DNA of 64,000 bases. Origin: Callorhinchus milii (Eukaryota). Under the pieces are notes generated by a model. That model made no database searches. It had not been told where the DNA came from and saw only the letters and a list, made by a program, of their open reading frames with translations. The stretch is taken from the NCBI RefSeq assembly GCF_018977255.1, contig NW_024704742.1, positions 103,170,001-103,234,000 of the forward strand. The letters are read 5' to 3'. Position numbers and translations under genes: made by a program. Each line of letters begins with the position of its first letter. The stretch's first letter is position 1. Below, piece after piece: positions 62,779-64,000 of this stretch.

Positions 62779-64000
62779 ACAATAAATATATTGACTGTTT
62801 GTAGGATAAATAACGACTGGAACACATTACCAGAAAGTATGGCTGAGACCAGGATACTGGATTCATTTAAGAAAAACAGCTTAATGCTGTGATGGGCGGA
62901 TGGTAGGGTAGGTATTCTGGAAGAATTAGATCAAATGAACAGAAGGGCCTCGTGAAAGCTTCTACAGTTAGCAGTGCTCTGGCAATGACTTGCACTGTGT
63001 TTTATTCTTGATGTCACTCATTGGCAATGCCTCATTATTCTTTATTGCAAGCTCTGCTTCAGCCTCAATTTCACTGATTCAACAAAAATCCAATTAACAT
63101 GTTTACATTCCTAGTGTCTACTGAGTTAGCTCATCTCCAGGACAGCATTACCACTGGCTTCAGTGCCCCGAGACTAGGAAGGCCAGGTTTTCTTTCTGGT
63201 GACTGCTTTCCAGTGTTCTCAATTGATGTCCACGTATACAAACGTGTGTTTGTTTGTATGTGTGTGTGTGTGGATGTCATTTGAGGATAGAGATGGGCTC
63301 CGAGTCCCAAATAGGGAATCCTACCCGTATCTAGAAGTGGTCAGGTGACCGTGATCTATATCAGGCAAAGCTCGCAAGAGCCAATATGATGCATTTCCAG
63401 ATATCAGCGTGTGCTCTATTTGGACCTTGGAGTCAATATTCAGAAATGTCACTAATTTGACCCCAACTATATGAAAATAAATCTACCTTCAATGTGAAGT
63501 AGTTACCCCCCAAAATATAATTCATATTAATCATTACTATGTACTGCTGGGGGAGGGGAGGGATGGTTAACAAAGAGTAGTTCAGGTCAGTCAATCTGTG
63601 CATGAGTGTGTTACTCTGTGCATTATTACAGCCCCCAGTCACAAGCAGCTGTCTTTTCTTGGGTGATGGTGAAAGAGCCTTTCTGTGTGGAGTTATTATA
63701 TTTGCCTGACTCCTGTCCCCTTGTGGAGTATGCAATGCAGCTGTGCTGCTTTGTGAGCAGAGTGACTTGTCATCAGAGCTCTGCTTCTGCCGATTTCCTA
63801 AGAAGCATCCAGTCATTTTGTCAAGGACACAGGGGCACACCCACTGCAATGCAGTCAGTATACCATGTTTTGTGAGCTACCTGCTGAGCACCATATGAGA
63901 TAGAGTCGAGGTGTTGCTAGCTTTTTGAGAGAATGTGAAGATAGTGCTGACATTCCTCTTCCTTTATTTACAATGAGAGAATATTTTGAGGATGATAACA

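Larger units (their letters stand above)
61420..62950 (+). mobile_element. Old CR1 fragment broken up by later insertions
   Basis: gagatttaagggtgttagttgac (RDLxVLVD), ctgtacagtgtcctggtcaaagcacatttagag (LYSVLVKAHLE), CR1-like 3' end near 62800-62950. Confidence 0.65.

Noticed and set aside
61188..64000. Terminal TRIM36 exon (expected YEQDSGHDSG-like start)
   Set aside because: No matching phase-2 exon found; it presumably lies downstream of the window.

Overview
Eukaryotic (vertebrate) genomic DNA. The repeat content (DeuSINE/SacSINE1-like SINEs, L2 and CR1 LINEs) suggests a cartilaginous fish, possibly a chimaera/elephant-shark relative; this is an inference. The window holds one protein-coding gene on the + strand, a TRIM36 orthologue (RING, B-box1, B-box2, coiled coil, COS, FN3, SPRY). 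Nine coding exons at 6946-61187 splice with canonical GT-AG sites and consistent phases into one open frame of 1865 nt (about 621 codons); the last SPRY exon lies beyond the window. Around the first exon are CpG-rich islands, large (GT)n/(CA)n arrays and a G-rich minisatellite. The introns are full of retroposons: two SINE families sharing an L2-derived tail, L2 and CR1 fragments, a decayed poly(A)-tailed LINE with a zinc-knuckle remnant, and a palindromic MITE-like family, several of them nested. No prokaryotic system, CRISPR array or real tRNA/rRNA gene is present, and I cannot claim a wholly new biological system. The best leads are a candidate alternative first/poison exon (MSVKKTKR), a tandem array of 5' splice-site-like motifs, a near-perfect 51-bp hairpin, a candidate 15-nt microexon and the unclassified repeat families. 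Exon coordinates were counted by hand; repeat boundaries are approximate.
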